Source: an uncultured delta proteobacterium (GTDB lineage Bacteria; Desulfobacterota; BSN033; UBA1163). From it: 64,000 bases of DNA. Positions 39,291 to 49,489 of this stretch are shown here, one piece after another. The stretch covers positions 224,001 through 288,000 of the forward strand of contig CAVPSJ010000004.1 of assembly GCA_963708295.1 (NCBI GenBank). Direction: 5' to 3'. A program made the translations under genes and the position numbers. The notes beneath the pieces were generated by a model. That model did not search any database and was not told where the DNA came from. It saw only the letters and a list, made by a program, of their open reading frames with translations. How positions within the stretch are numbered: the first letter of the stretch is position 1; every line of letters begins with the position of its first letter.

Positions 39291-41807
39291 ATGAGACTGA
39301 AGAATGTTGGGTCGAAGTTGATGTTGTTGCTGGTGGTTGCATACCTGTTCATCCCGCTGGCAGCACTCGCAAGTGAGGCGGATCTTGCGATCCCTGATTT
39401 GCACAAGGGTGCTCCATATACTTTACTGGGTGGGATAAAACCGTGGAATCTGCTCTTTTATGGCGCGTGCATCATCGCCGGCACGTTAGGGATTAGCTTG
39501 TTTCTGCGTCACCAAGTCAAGAAGCTGAGAGCCCATGAATCGATGCTCAAGGTGGCTGAAACCATCTTTCAGACCTGTCGTACCTATCTGATTCAGCAGG
39601 GGAAATTTCTTGCTATGCTGTTTATTTTCATTGCAATTTGTATGGCCTTCTACTTCCTCGCCTTGAAGGGTGAAGGGGTCCCTACGCTGCTCCTGGTCCT
39701 GCTCTTTTCAGTGGTGGGCATGGGCGGCTCTTACGCTGTGGCCTGGTACGGCATTCGGATCAACACCTATGCCAACGCCCGGACCGCTTTTGCCTCGCTC
39801 GCCGGGAAGCCATGGGACGTGGTGAATATTCCCTTACGCTCCGGTATGAGCGTAGGGCTCTTCCTCATCTCTCTTGAATTGGTCATGATGGTCATCATTC
39901 TGCTCTTCGTCCCCCGCAATATTGTCGGATACTGCTTCCTGGGGTTCGCCATTGGTGAGTCCCTGGGCGCATCGGCACTCCGGATCGCCGGCGGCATCTT
40001 TACCAAGATCGCCGACATCGGCTCCGACCTCATGAAGATCGTTTTCAAGGTGAAGGAGGACGATCCCCGTAACCCGGGCGTGATTGCCGACTGTACCGGT
40101 GACAACGCGGGCGACAGCGTGGGTCCGACGGCAGATGGTTTCGAAACATACGGCGTGACCGGCGTTGCGCTAATCGCTTTTATCACGCTTGCCGTTGTGA
40201 GTCCCAACATGGAGGTCAAAGAAGCCATCCAGGGCAAACTGATCGTCTGGATTTTCGCCATGCGCTTCCTCATGGACTTCTTCTCAGGTGTTTCGTACTT
40301 CGTGAACCAGGCCATTTCCTCGGCCAAATACAGGGACAAGAAGGAGTTCGATTTCGAAGAGCCTCTGATGAGACTGATCTGGATCGCGGCCGCCCTCTGC
40401 ATCAGCACCTCGTTTGTGGGGAGCTACTTGCTCATCAGTGACCTGCAGGTGATCAAAAACGGCATGCTCACCCCGATGCCCCATGTCTGGTGGCAGCTTG
40501 CGATGATCATTAGCTGCGGTACGCTGGCGGCAGTTCTGATCCCCGAGTTCACGAAGATATTTACCAGCTCCAAATCGAAACACGTGCAAGAGATTGTAAC
40601 TGCGTCGCGCGAGGGGGGGGCATCCTTGACCATACTCTCCGGTATCGTTGCCGGCAACTTCAGCGCCTACTACATGGGCATACTGATTGCCTTCCTCCTG
40701 GGGATCGCGTACTTCGTCAGCCTTTTCATACCGCCTGAAGTCATCAACTATCCATCGATTTTTGCCTTTGGTCTGGTTGCCTACGGATTCCTCTGCATGG
40801 GCCCGGTCAACATCGCGGTGGACAGCTACGGTCCTGTAACGGACAACGCCCAGTCCATCTTCGAGCTTGCGCAGACCGAAAACATCCCGGGCATCAAGCA
40901 GGAGATCAAGAGGGATTTCGGATTCGATCCCGACTTCGAAATGGGTAAATTTTACCTCGAGTCGAACGATGGGGCCGGAAACACCTTCAAGGCGACCGCG
41001 AAACCCGTGCTCATCGGCACCGCGGTGTGCGGTGCCACGACGATGATCTTCTCGATCATCCTGCTGCTCCAGAGCAAGAACATGCTCCATGTGCAGCTGA
41101 CCGACGCGCCGATCATTCTCGGCCTCATCTGCGGCGGCGCGGTGATCTTCTGGTTTGCCGGGGCCTCCATGCAGGCAGTGACCACCGGTGCATACCGGGC
41201 GGTCGAATTCATCAAAAAGAACATGAACCTGGACAAGACGGAAGCCGATATTGAGGATTCCAAGACCGTGGTCAAAATCTGCACCCAGTACGCGCAGAAG
41301 GGTATGTGGAACATCTTTATCGCGATCCTGCTCATGACGCTCGCTTTCGCGTTGCTCAACCCCAACTTCTTTGTCGCCTATCTGATTTCCATCGCCTGCT
41401 TCGGCCTCTTCGAGGCCATCTACATGGCAAACGCCGGCGGCGCCTGGGACAACGCGAAGAAGATCGTCGAAGTCGACCTGAAGGAGAAGGGCTCGGCGCT
41501 TCATGCCGCAACGGTCATCGGCGATACGGTGGGCGATCCCTTCAAGGATACCTCCTCCGTGTCTATGAACCCCATCATTAAGTTTTCGACTCTCTTCGGC
41601 CTGCTTGCGACCGAAATCGCAATCGAGATGACCGTACACGCAAAGGAAACCGGTTCCACCAACTGGGCTCCCTATATCGCTCTTCCGGTGTTCATTGTCG
41701 GACTCATCTTCGTATGGCGTTCATTCTACACGATGCGAATACCTTTGGAGGAAGCCGCCGAGAAACTCCCAAACAGGGAGACAAAGATCGCGCACGTCCA
41801 CAAGTAG
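39291..41807 (+). CDS. hppA: Membrane-bound H+/Na+-translocating pyrophosphatase
   Basis: GGIFTKIADIGSDL, EDDPRNPGVIADCTGDNAGD, DSYGPVTDNA, GNTFKATAK, GGAWDNAKK, GDTVGDPFKDT. Confidence 0.97.
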   Translation: MRLKNVGSKLMLLLVVAYLFIPLAALASEADLAIPDLHKGAPYTLLGGIKPWNLLFYGACIIAGTLGISLFLRHQVKKLRAHESMLKVAETIFQTCRTYLIQQGKFLAMLFIFIAICMAFYFLALKGEGVPTLLLVLLFSVVGMGGSYAVAWYGIRINTYANARTAFASLAGKPWDVVNIPLRSGMSVGLFLISLELVMMVIILLFVPRNIVGYCFLGFAIGESLGASALRIAGGIFTKIADIGSDLMKIVFKVKEDDPRNPGVIADCTGDNAGDSVGPTADGFETYGVTGVALIAFITLAVVSPNMEVKEAIQGKLIVWIFAMRFLMDFFSGVSYFVNQAISSAKYRDKKEFDFEEPLMRLIWIAAALCISTSFVGSYLLISDLQVIKNGMLTPMPHVWWQLAMIISCGTLAAVLIPEFTKIFTSSKSKHVQEIVTASREGGASLTILSGIVAGNFSAYYMGILIAFLLGIAYFVSLFIPPEVINYPSIFAFGLVAYGFLCMGPVNIAVDSYGPVTDNAQSIFELAQTENIPGIKQEIKRDFGFDPDFEMGKFYLESNDGAGNTFKATAKPVLIGTAVCGATTMIFSIILLLQSKNMLHVQLTDAPIILGLICGGAVIFWFAGASMQAVTTGAYRAVEFIKKNMNLDKTEADIEDSKTVVKICTQYAQKGMWNIFIAILLMTLAFALLNPNFFVAYLISIACFGLFEAIYMANAGGAWDNAKKIVEVDLKEKGSALHAATVIGDTVGDPFKDTSSVSMNPIIKFSTLFGLLATEIAIEMTVHAKETGSTNWAPYIALPVFIVGLIFVWRSFYTMRIPLEEAAEKLPNRETKIAHVHK

Positions 41808-41848
41808 AAAAGCGGAGCCGCCTGCTCCTGCGGGTATAGAGAATAACC

Positions 41849-41889
41849 AAGTGCCCTCCCCTCATGAGAGGGGAGGGCACTTTTTATTT
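41849..41889 (+). terminator. Intrinsic terminator after hppA
   Basis: AAGTGCCCTCCCCTC-atga-GAGGGGAGGGCACTT + T-run. Confidence 0.85.
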
Positions 41890-41986
41890 GATGCGGGACG
41901 TTCGGCTTGAGTTTGCCGTTGGGGCGGGTAAAAGAGGGTTCGTTACGGTAGAAAATCAAAGAATCCGGCGGACCGAAGAGAAAGGT

Positions 41987-42700
41987 CTACTCTTTAGGAT
42001 GCTTGGTTTCATAGATGCGTCGCTTGATCTGACCAATCTCCTTGGTGACAGGAATCTCTTTTGGACAGACCTCCGTACACTTCCACAGGGTTTGACACCC
42101 CCACGCCCCGTCCTTGTGATCTAAGTGAGCCATCCTGTCCTCCGAACCCTCATCCCTTGAATCGAAGAGGTACCGAAAAGATCGAACGAGAGCAGCAGGG
42201 CCCGCGTAGCTTGCAGTCTCCGGATTCTGATTGACAGGACAGGCTGCCGTACAGCAGGCGCAGAGAATGCAGCGGATGGCCTTCTCAAGAAGCTGTTGCT
42301 GTTCCGGTGACTGTCTTTTTTCCTGATCAGGAGGGGGTGTCTTTACGATCAGATAAGGCTTGATTGAATTGTACTTTTCAAAAAAAGGATCGAGGTCCAC
42401 AATCAAATCTTTGATCACCTTAAACACCGGAAGAGGCTCAATCAGAACTTCCTCCTTAAAGTCTCTGGCCAACTTTTGGCAGGGCAAGGAGCAGATGCCA
42501 TTGATCCTCATCCCATCTGATCCGCAGATGCCGTGACCACAGGACCATCGGTACGAGAGGGTTGGATCCTGTTCCCATCGGATCCGGTTGAGGCAATCGA
42601 GAAGCCGATCCATGGGATCCGCCTCAACTTCGTAGGTTCTATAGTAAGGCTTCTCATCCTTGCTCGGATCAAAACGGAATATTTTCAGTTTAACCAGCAC
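41987..42700 (-). CDS. sdhB: Succinate dehydrogenase/fumarate reductase iron-sulfur subunit
   Basis: SCGHGICGSDG..C, CILCACCTAACP, GCQTLWKCTEVCPK. Confidence 0.95.
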   Translation of the reverse strand: MLVKLKIFRFDPSKDEKPYYRTYEVEADPMDRLLDCLNRIRWEQDPTLSYRWSCGHGICGSDGMRINGICSLPCQKLARDFKEEVLIEPLPVFKVIKDLIVDLDPFFEKYNSIKPYLIVKTPPPDQEKRQSPEQQQLLEKAIRCILCACCTAACPVNQNPETASYAGPAALVRSFRYLFDSRDEGSEDRMAHLDHKDGAWGCQTLWKCTEVCPKEIPVTKEIGQIKRRIYETKHPKE

Positions 42701-42715
42701 AATCAACCTTTCGTC

Positions 42716-42787
42716 CTGCCGTGCTGCGGTGCTGCAGTGAAACAATGACTTGCAGGAGCACGGCAACACTGCTCTAACGGCAGCACT
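42716..42787. repeat. Inverted 8-mer array in sdhA-sdhB spacer
   Basis: gtgctgcg-gtgctgca-gtg / gcacggca-acactgct..gcact. Confidence 0.6.
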
Positions 42788-42788
42788 C

Positions 42789-44515
42789 TCAATAAACCCT
42801 CGCTTCGGGTTGGAATCGGGTGATCTTCACGGGTTTATACCTCACTTCCGGCTCCTTCGGGGCCTGGAAGACAAGGGTGTGCTTTAAGAAATATCGATCC
42901 GCCCGCGAAGGAAAATCTTCCCGGTAATGAGCCCCCCGGCTCTCCCGACGATGGAGAGCGCTCATAAGAATCACCTCCGAGAGATCAAGCTGATGCCCGA
43001 GCTCGATCGCTTCCATCAGTTCATAATTGAAGGCCTTTCCTTTGTTCACGACCCCAATTTCTTTGTAGCGCTCTTTCAGGTTTCGAATCTCTTCAATCCC
43101 TTTGCCTAGACCCTCCTCATGACGAAAGACCGATCCATAATCCATCATCAATGACTGCATTTTCTTTCTGAGCGGGTCGACTTTCTCTCGCATCGGATGG
43201 GTTAACAATCGGGTGATCCTTTCTTCTGACAATCTCACGGCCTCCGCCGAGGCGGATGCATAGCCCGAGTCCCTTGATTTTCTCTTTCATGGTTAACCCG
43301 CTTCTCCGGCCGAAGACGAGTAGATCGAGGAGTGAATTGCAGCCGAGTCGGGTCGCTCCGTGGACCGATACGCATGCACATTCTCCTGCTGCGTATAATC
43401 CGGGCACTACGGAACCTTTCTCATTCGCCAGGACCCTTCCATCGACGTCCGTAGGAATGCCTCCCATCATATAATGACAGGTGGGTGCCACCGGAACGGG
43501 ATCGTAGACCGGATCGATTCCCGTGTAGATTCTGACAAACGAGGCAATCTCCCAGAGTTTCTCCTGGATCTTCTCCTCTCCCAGATGAGTGAGGTCGAGA
43601 TGGACATAATCTTTTCCGCCGATCCCTCTCCCGTCTCGAATCTCCGTGAGAATGGCTCTGGAGACGACATCTCTCGCCGCCAGGTCCTTTACGGTAGGGG
43701 CATATCGCTCCATGAAACGCTCGCCCAATCGGTTGCGCAAAACCCCGCCTTCGCCTCTGGCTGCTTCGCTCACCAAAATCCCCATCGGGTAAAGCCCTGT
43801 GGGATGGAACTGGACGAATTCCATGTCTTCGAGAGGAAGTCCCAGGTTGGTAGACTAGAGTGAAGGCCTCTCCGGTGGTCGCATTGCCGTTGGAGGTGGT
43901 CTTGTAGACTTTTCCGCAGCCCCCGGTGGCCAAAAGAACGGCTTTGGCCTGGAGAAGATGGAGTTCTCCCGTGGCAAGGTCATAGATCACAACACCGACA
44001 CATCTTTTTCGATCCATCACCAGCGAGAGGAGGTAGTGTTCAGAATAAAATCTTGTCTGGTGCCGAAGGCATTGGTCGAAGAGGGTATCGAGGACAACCC
44101 TTCCGGTATGGTCCGCAGCATAGCAGGCCCTCTTCACAGGCTTCTTTCCGTAATCCCGGGTATGGCCACCGAAGTTTCGCTGGGCGATCTTTCCCTCGGC
44201 TGTGCGACTGAAAGGAACTCCCATGTGCTCCAGCTCATAGATGACCCGCGGCGAATCCTTGACCAGGATCTCGACGGCATCCTGATCCCCCAAATAGTCG
44301 CCTCCTTTGATCGTATCGTAGAAATGCCATTCCCAATGATCCTCCTCCTCATTGCCCAGTGGAGCAGTAATTCCGCCCTGGGCTGCTCCGGAATGAGATC
44401 GCGTGGGGAAAACTTTGCTGACGATCGCCACATTGGCCTGGCCGACGCACTCGACCGCTGCCCGAAGTCCTGCCAAACCGGCTCCCACAATGACGATATC
44501 GTGTTGGAAGATCAT
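42789..44515 (-). CDS. sdhA: Succinate dehydrogenase/fumarate reductase flavoprotein (frameshifts ~43840 and ~43240)
   Basis: [42 protein letters not shown] across three ORFs. Confidence 0.92.
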
Positions 44516-45696
44516 TTCGATCGCTCTTCAACGGGGATGTAGGGGCACGCCGCCGGACCGCAATAAGTCCCCACATAGTCTGCATCCGGCCGATAGAGTT
44601 CCGGTTTGGGTTGGGCCTCAGCAAACTTCTCTTCGATGACATGGGCTGCCCAGCCGGAGATCCGGGATACGGCAAAAACAGGAGTGAAGAGGTCCGTCGG
44701 AATCCCCATCAGATGATAGACCGAAGCGCTGTAGAAATCGACATTGGGATAAATCTCCTTCCCTTTTAACTTCCTGAACTCTTCCTGGGTGGATGTCTCA
44801 ATCGCCTTCGTCAACTCAAACCACTTCCGATCTCCCGTACGGTCCGCCAGCCTGCTGCAAATTCCCCTCAAAATCGAAGCCCTTGGGTCTTCGGTGTGGT
44901 AAACCGCATGCCCCATCCCCATGATCTTTCCTCCTTTTTGGAGCTTTTCAGAAACCCAGGACTTCACACGATTGACCTCTCCAATCTCCACGAGCATTCT
45001 CATCACCTCACTATTCGCTCCGCCATGAATTTCTCCGGAAAGGGCTCCGAGGGCGGCCACGATCGAAGCATACAGGTGGGCATGCGTCGAGGCTACCTCC
45101 CTCCCGGCGAACGTGGAGGCGTTGAAGGAATGTTCGGCGTGGAGGATCAAACAGATATCAAAATCCCGCGCCGTCTCTCGATCGGGAGGAGATCCAGATA
45201 GCATGTATAAGAAGCTCCCTGCATGGGTGAGTTCACGATGGGGGCGAACCGGTTCCTTCCCCTTTCGAATACGATCCCATGCGGCCACGATGTTAGGCAG
45301 TTTGGCAATGAGGCGCGTTGCCTTCTTTAAATTGGCTTTCCTCGATTCGTCATGCAATTCGGGGTCGTGAGCCGCCAGGATGGGAACAGAGGCTTCCAGG
45401 ATATCCATGGGATGCGCAGACTTTGGCATCATTTTCATAAACCCATAAACCGCATCGGGCACCCCTCTCTCTGAAATGAGCTCTGACTGAAAACTCTTCA
45501 ACTCCTCTGCTTTAGGCAGGGAGTCATACAGCAAGAGAAAAGAAACTTCTTCAAAGGTGGAATGGACGGCGAGGTCACAGATATTGAGACCCCGATAAAT
45601 CAGATTCCCTTTCTCCCCATCGACATCCGAGATCCGGGTATCTGCCACCTTCACTCCCCGAAGTCCGATATTTTTAGTTTCCACTGCCTCCTTCAT
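44512..45696 (-). CDS. gltA: Citrate synthase (or 2-methylcitrate synthase)
   Basis: [36 protein letters not shown]. Confidence 0.93.
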   Translation of the reverse strand: MKEAVETKNIGLRGVKVADTRISDVDGEKGNLIYRGLNICDLAVHSTFEEVSFLLLYDSLPKAEELKSFQSELISERGVPDAVYGFMKMMPKSAHPMDILEASVPILAAHDPELHDESRKANLKKATRLIAKLPNIVAAWDRIRKGKEPVRPHRELTHAGSFLYMLSGSPPDRETARDFDICLILHAEHSFNASTFAGREVASTHAHLYASIVAALGALSGEIHGGANSEVMRMLVEIGEVNRVKSWVSEKLQKGGKIMGMGHAVYHTEDPRASILRGICSRLADRTGDRKWFELTKAIETSTQEEFRKLKGKEIYPNVDFYSASVYHLMGIPTDLFTPVFAVSRISGWAAHVIEEKFAEAQPKPELYRPDADYVGTYCGPAACPYIPVEERSK

Positions 45697-45723
45697 CCTT
45701 TGATTCCTCCTTCATCACCCCTC

Positions 45724-45908
45724 TAACAGTTGTTGAAAAAGTGATTATTTCTCAGGCTGCTCAAAAATGCCCAAATGCAAGGCCCCCGAGATCCTGAGAG
45801 TGGCGTCGCGACGAATAAGGAGAGCGACTTATTGCCGGATAATTTCGCGAAGCGCGAGACAGATGCCTGCCTGCCGGTAGGCAGGGACATTTTTCAGGAG
45901 CCTGCTAA
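45724..45908. mobile_element. Non-autonomous MITE-like element
   Basis: IR CAGGCTGCTCAAAAATG / CATTTTTCAGGAGCCTG (15/17), extra TAACAGTTGTTGAAAAAG end, inner CCTGCCTGCCGGTAGGCAGG palindrome; no transposase. Confidence 0.6.
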
Positions 45909-46243
45909 TGAATCTACACCTCCTGTATAAAAACATCAATGGTACAAATCTATTATAAAATGCCAGAGGAGGGAATGAGAAATGAATAAGGTTGATTCCT
46001 TATTTTCATATGAAAAAAACCGTATTTTGGATGAAATCGGGTAATTTTACCCAAGAACATTTCAAATTTCCTCCTTACGTTTCCTCCTTTCCCCTTGGAA
46101 AGCTCCTGAAGCTGGCTCGCGATTCTCTCCCCTACTGAGGAGTTTTCCCGGATAGGGCCACCGGCCCATTTTTCAACCACTGGATTTCTTGATAATTCAC
46201 CCTTTTTTCCATACAATGTTTTTAAGGAGAGGGAGGGGAAAAG

Positions 46244-47662
46244 ATGGCTGCTTCAAATACGAAGTACCGAATAGAAAAAGATTCGATGGGCCCGGTCAAT
46301 GTTCCCAAAGACGCCTATTATGGTGCGCAGACGCAGAGGGCGGTTGAAAATTTCGCCATCAGCGGTTGGCGGTTTCAGAGGGAAATGATCTATGCCCTAG
46401 GTCTTATCAAATACGGGGCGGCAAAGGTGAATTCGGAATTGGGCTTTTTAAAAGAACGGATGGCCAGGGCAATCCAGAAGGCGTCGGATGAGGTGATGGG
46501 AGGAAAATGGGATGCTGATTTTGTTGTGGATATTTTTCAGACCGGTTCCGGCACATCGACCAACATGAATGCCAATGAGTTGATCGCCAATCGAGCGAAT
46601 GAGATCCTGGGAGGCCGGAAAGGAATCTACCAACCGATTCATCCTAATGACCACGTCAATCTCGGGCAATCCAGTAACGACGTTTTTCCTTCCTCCATCC
46701 ATATTGCCGCGGTGATCCTCTTAAGGGAGAGACTACTGCCAGCCTTGGAAGGGCTTCGAAAGGCCCTTAAGAAAAAGGAAAAGCAGTTCTATCCTATCCT
46801 TAAGATTGGGAGAACCCATCTCCAAGATGCAACCCCCATCCGGCTGGGACAAGAATTTGGGGGATACGCGCAGCAGGTCGCATCGGGCGTCCGTCGAATT
46901 CGAAACACGTTTGAATCTCTTTCCCAACTTCCTCTCGGAGGGACGGCTGTAGGCACGGGAATAAACACCCACCCTCTTTTTGCCAAGAAGGTGATCTCCA
47001 TCATCAGAAGGAAGACGGGTCATCCCTTTCGGGAGGCGGTTGACCATTTTGAGGCTCAGAGTGCCAAAGACGCCTTGATCGAAATGGGGGGGGCGTTGAA
47101 AACCCTCTCTGTCTGTCTGACTAAAATCGCCAACGACATTCGATGGCTGGGCTCGGGTCCCCGTTGCGGAATTGGTGAAATTCATCTCCCCGACACTCAA
47201 CCCGGTTCATCGATCATGCCTGGAAAAGTCAACCCAGTGATTCCCGAATCCCTTATTCAGGTATGCGCTCAAGTGATTGGAAACGACGCAGCGATCACCA
47301 TAGGGGGGTTGAGCGGCAACTTTGAGCTCAATGTCATGATGCCTCTGATCGCCCACAATTCACTCCAGTCCATTCGCCTCCTCGCCAGTGCAATCGAGAA
47401 TTTCTCGAAACGATGCATCGGGGGGATCGAGGCTGACCGTGAACGGTGCGAAGAGATGATCGAAAGAAGCCTTTCCCTTGCCACCGCCCTCACACCGAAA
47501 ATCGGTTACGATGAAGCAGCCCGAATTGCCAAGAAGGCATATGCCCAGAGGAAGACGATCCGCCAGGTCGTTGAGGAGGAAGGAATCCTTTCAAAGGATG
47601 AATTGGACCGCTGGCTCGACCCTCGATCGATGATCGCCCCGGCGAGATTAAAGAGAAAATAG
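46244..47662 (+). CDS. fumC: Class II fumarate hydratase
   Basis: YGAQTQRA, QTGSGTSTNMNANE, GRTHLQDATP, GSSIMPGKVNP. Confidence 0.96.
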   Translation: MAASNTKYRIEKDSMGPVNVPKDAYYGAQTQRAVENFAISGWRFQREMIYALGLIKYGAAKVNSELGFLKERMARAIQKASDEVMGGKWDADFVVDIFQTGSGTSTNMNANELIANRANEILGGRKGIYQPIHPNDHVNLGQSSNDVFPSSIHIAAVILLRERLLPALEGLRKALKKKEKQFYPILKIGRTHLQDATPIRLGQEFGGYAQQVASGVRRIRNTFESLSQLPLGGTAVGTGINTHPLFAKKVISIIRRKTGHPFREAVDHFEAQSAKDALIEMGGALKTLSVCLTKIANDIRWLGSGPRCGIGEIHLPDTQPGSSIMPGKVNPVIPESLIQVCAQVIGNDAAITIGGLSGNFELNVMMPLIAHNSLQSIRLLASAIENFSKRCIGGIEADRERCEEMIERSLSLATALTPKIGYDEAARIAKKAYAQRKTIRQVVEEEGILSKDELDRWLDPRSMIAPARLKRK

Positions 47663-47687
47663 TCCTATCCCCTTTGTGGACACGACC

Positions 47688-47716
47688 TTGACACTCTTTG
47701 CCTCAGTGCTTATTTT
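47688..47716 (+). promoter_or_regulatory. Candidate sigma-70 promoter
   Basis: TTGACA-N17-TATTTT. Confidence 0.45.
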
Positions 47717-47752
47717 TGCATAGGGGAAGCAAAAGAAAGGAGGGCGATATAG

Positions 47753-48574
47753 ATGTATTTCATTACAGTCTCCGAAATGCTCGGAACAAAAGGGGTTCAG
47801 GTTGCCCAAGGGGTGGCCAAGGGTTTAAATTATGCTTATTTCGGCGAAGCGGAGCTCCTCCATTTTGCGGAAGAGATGGGATTTCTAAAGGATGTCAGCA
47901 AATTAGACGAAAAGGGACCACCTCTTCTTGAAAAGTTCTTCAGCGAAAAACCAAAAATCTATCTCGACCGGCTGCAATCCGTTATCTTTGAAGTCGCAAA
48001 GAAAGGGAATGCACTTTTCTTCGGGAGGGGAAGTCAACTTCTTCTCAACTCCTTCGATTGTGCTTTTCATGTGCTGGTCACAGGATCTGTGGAAAAAAGA
48101 ATTCAACGAATCTTAGAAGAAAAGAAGGTGGACAGAGAAATCGCCGAAAAAATGATTCGTCGGTCAGACCAGGACAAGCGGGGGTTTCTTAGATTTGCAT
48201 TTGAAGAAGACTGGCTCAATCCCAATCTCTACGATCTGGTTCTGAATACGGATAAATTGACCATCGATTCGGCGGTCAAAATGGTCATAGACGCGGCTAA
48301 ATCAGATGCTATCAAAGCCTGTGGGATTGATTCGATGAAATTGCTTGAAAGACTTTCCCTTCAACGTAAAGTGGAAGCCACTGCACTCGAAGCAGGCATG
48401 GAGAGTCAACATACTTTCTATGAAGTAGAAGACGGTGAGACGGTGCGAATCTATGGGATTGTTTATTCCCTCCAGGAAAAAGAGGCTTTGGAGAAGATGA
48501 TGAAGGGAATAAAAGGGGTAAAGAAAGTGATCAATAATTTGACCCTTTTTTCGGGGGCGATGGGGGCGGCCTAG
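47753..48574 (+). CDS. Cytidylate-kinase-like protein with C-terminal BON domain
   Basis: ITVS..G..G, GRGS, D..R..F, YDLVLNT; C-terminal V.IYG..IKGVKKVINNL. Confidence 0.85.
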   Translation: MYFITVSEMLGTKGVQVAQGVAKGLNYAYFGEAELLHFAEEMGFLKDVSKLDEKGPPLLEKFFSEKPKIYLDRLQSVIFEVAKKGNALFFGRGSQLLLNSFDCAFHVLVTGSVEKRIQRILEEKKVDREIAEKMIRRSDQDKRGFLRFAFEEDWLNPNLYDLVLNTDKLTIDSAVKMVIDAAKSDAIKACGIDSMKLLERLSLQRKVEATALEAGMESQHTFYEVEDGETVRIYGIVYSLQEKEALEKMMKGIKGVKKVINNLTLFSGAMGAA

Positions 48575-48590
48575 GTTGGGCCCTGATGCG

Positions 48591-49358
48591 TTATTTTCTT
48601 TTTAGATAAACCAAAAGAAGGATTCCTCCGATGATCATAAAGGCCGAGAGGGTTTGTCCCATGGTGAAGGGGCCGAGGATGAACCCGAGCTGAGGGTCCG
48701 GTTCCCTGAATAATTCTACGAAGAAACGGAAGAGACCATAAAGCGAAAGAAACAGCGCTAAGAGCCCGCCGTCGGGAAGTTTTTTGTCTTTGAGAAACCA
48801 GAGGATCAAAAAGAGAACTCCTCCTTCCAGACCACTTTCATAAAGCTGAGAGGGGTGCCGCGGAAGAGGGCCTCCCTTTGGGAAAACCATCCCCCAGGGA
48901 ATCTGGGTCACTCGGCCATAGAGCTCCCCATTGATGAAATTACCAATTCTCCCTAAACCCAGTCCGATAGGGGCAGTGACAATGAAGAGGTCGGCGATCT
49001 TCCAGAAAGACTTTCTGTTCCTCAAGGAAAAAAGAATCCCGACAATGAGGACGCCGATCAACCCGCCATGGAACGACATGCCGCCGTGCCAGATGGCAAA
49101 GATCTCAAGGGGATCCCTGAGATACATTTTAAGATCGTAGAAAAGGACATATCCCAAACGGGCCCCGATGATTAATCCGACAATGAGGTAGAAATAGAGG
49201 TTCTCGACGTCCAGCTTGGAGACGCCAAAATCTTTTCTCTTCATCTGATACCGGACGAGGAGATAGGAGGCAAAGAACCCAAAGACATACATCAGCCCGT
49301 ACCAGCTAACTCGAACGGGACCGAGTTCAACTAAGATCGGATCAATATTGACGGTCAT
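48591..49358 (-). CDS. lgt: Prolipoprotein diacylglyceryl transferase
   Basis: WYGLMY, GARLGYV, GGMSFHGG, GRIGNFINGELYGR, RHPSQLYE. Confidence 0.97.
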   Translation of the reverse strand: MTVNIDPILVELGPVRVSWYGLMYVFGFFASYLLVRYQMKRKDFGVSKLDVENLYFYLIVGLIIGARLGYVLFYDLKMYLRDPLEIFAIWHGGMSFHGGLIGVLIVGILFSLRNRKSFWKIADLFIVTAPIGLGLGRIGNFINGELYGRVTQIPWGMVFPKGGPLPRHPSQLYESGLEGGVLFLILWFLKDKKLPDGGLLALFLSLYGLFRFFVELFREPDPQLGFILGPFTMGQTLSAFMIIGGILLLVYLKRK

Positions 49359-49489
49359 GTTTTTCTCCTGATATTTCAATTTTATTGGAGAACGGGCAAA
49401 TATTCAAGCACTTTCCGGGTCACTCATCATGTGACTTGACATAAGATTGGCGTTCAGTTATTAATTTTTGTAGAATTCAAGCAATTCTT

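Noticed and set aside
40284-41639. 451-aa minus-strand ORF
   Set aside because: Antisense to hppA; explained by GC-rich third positions
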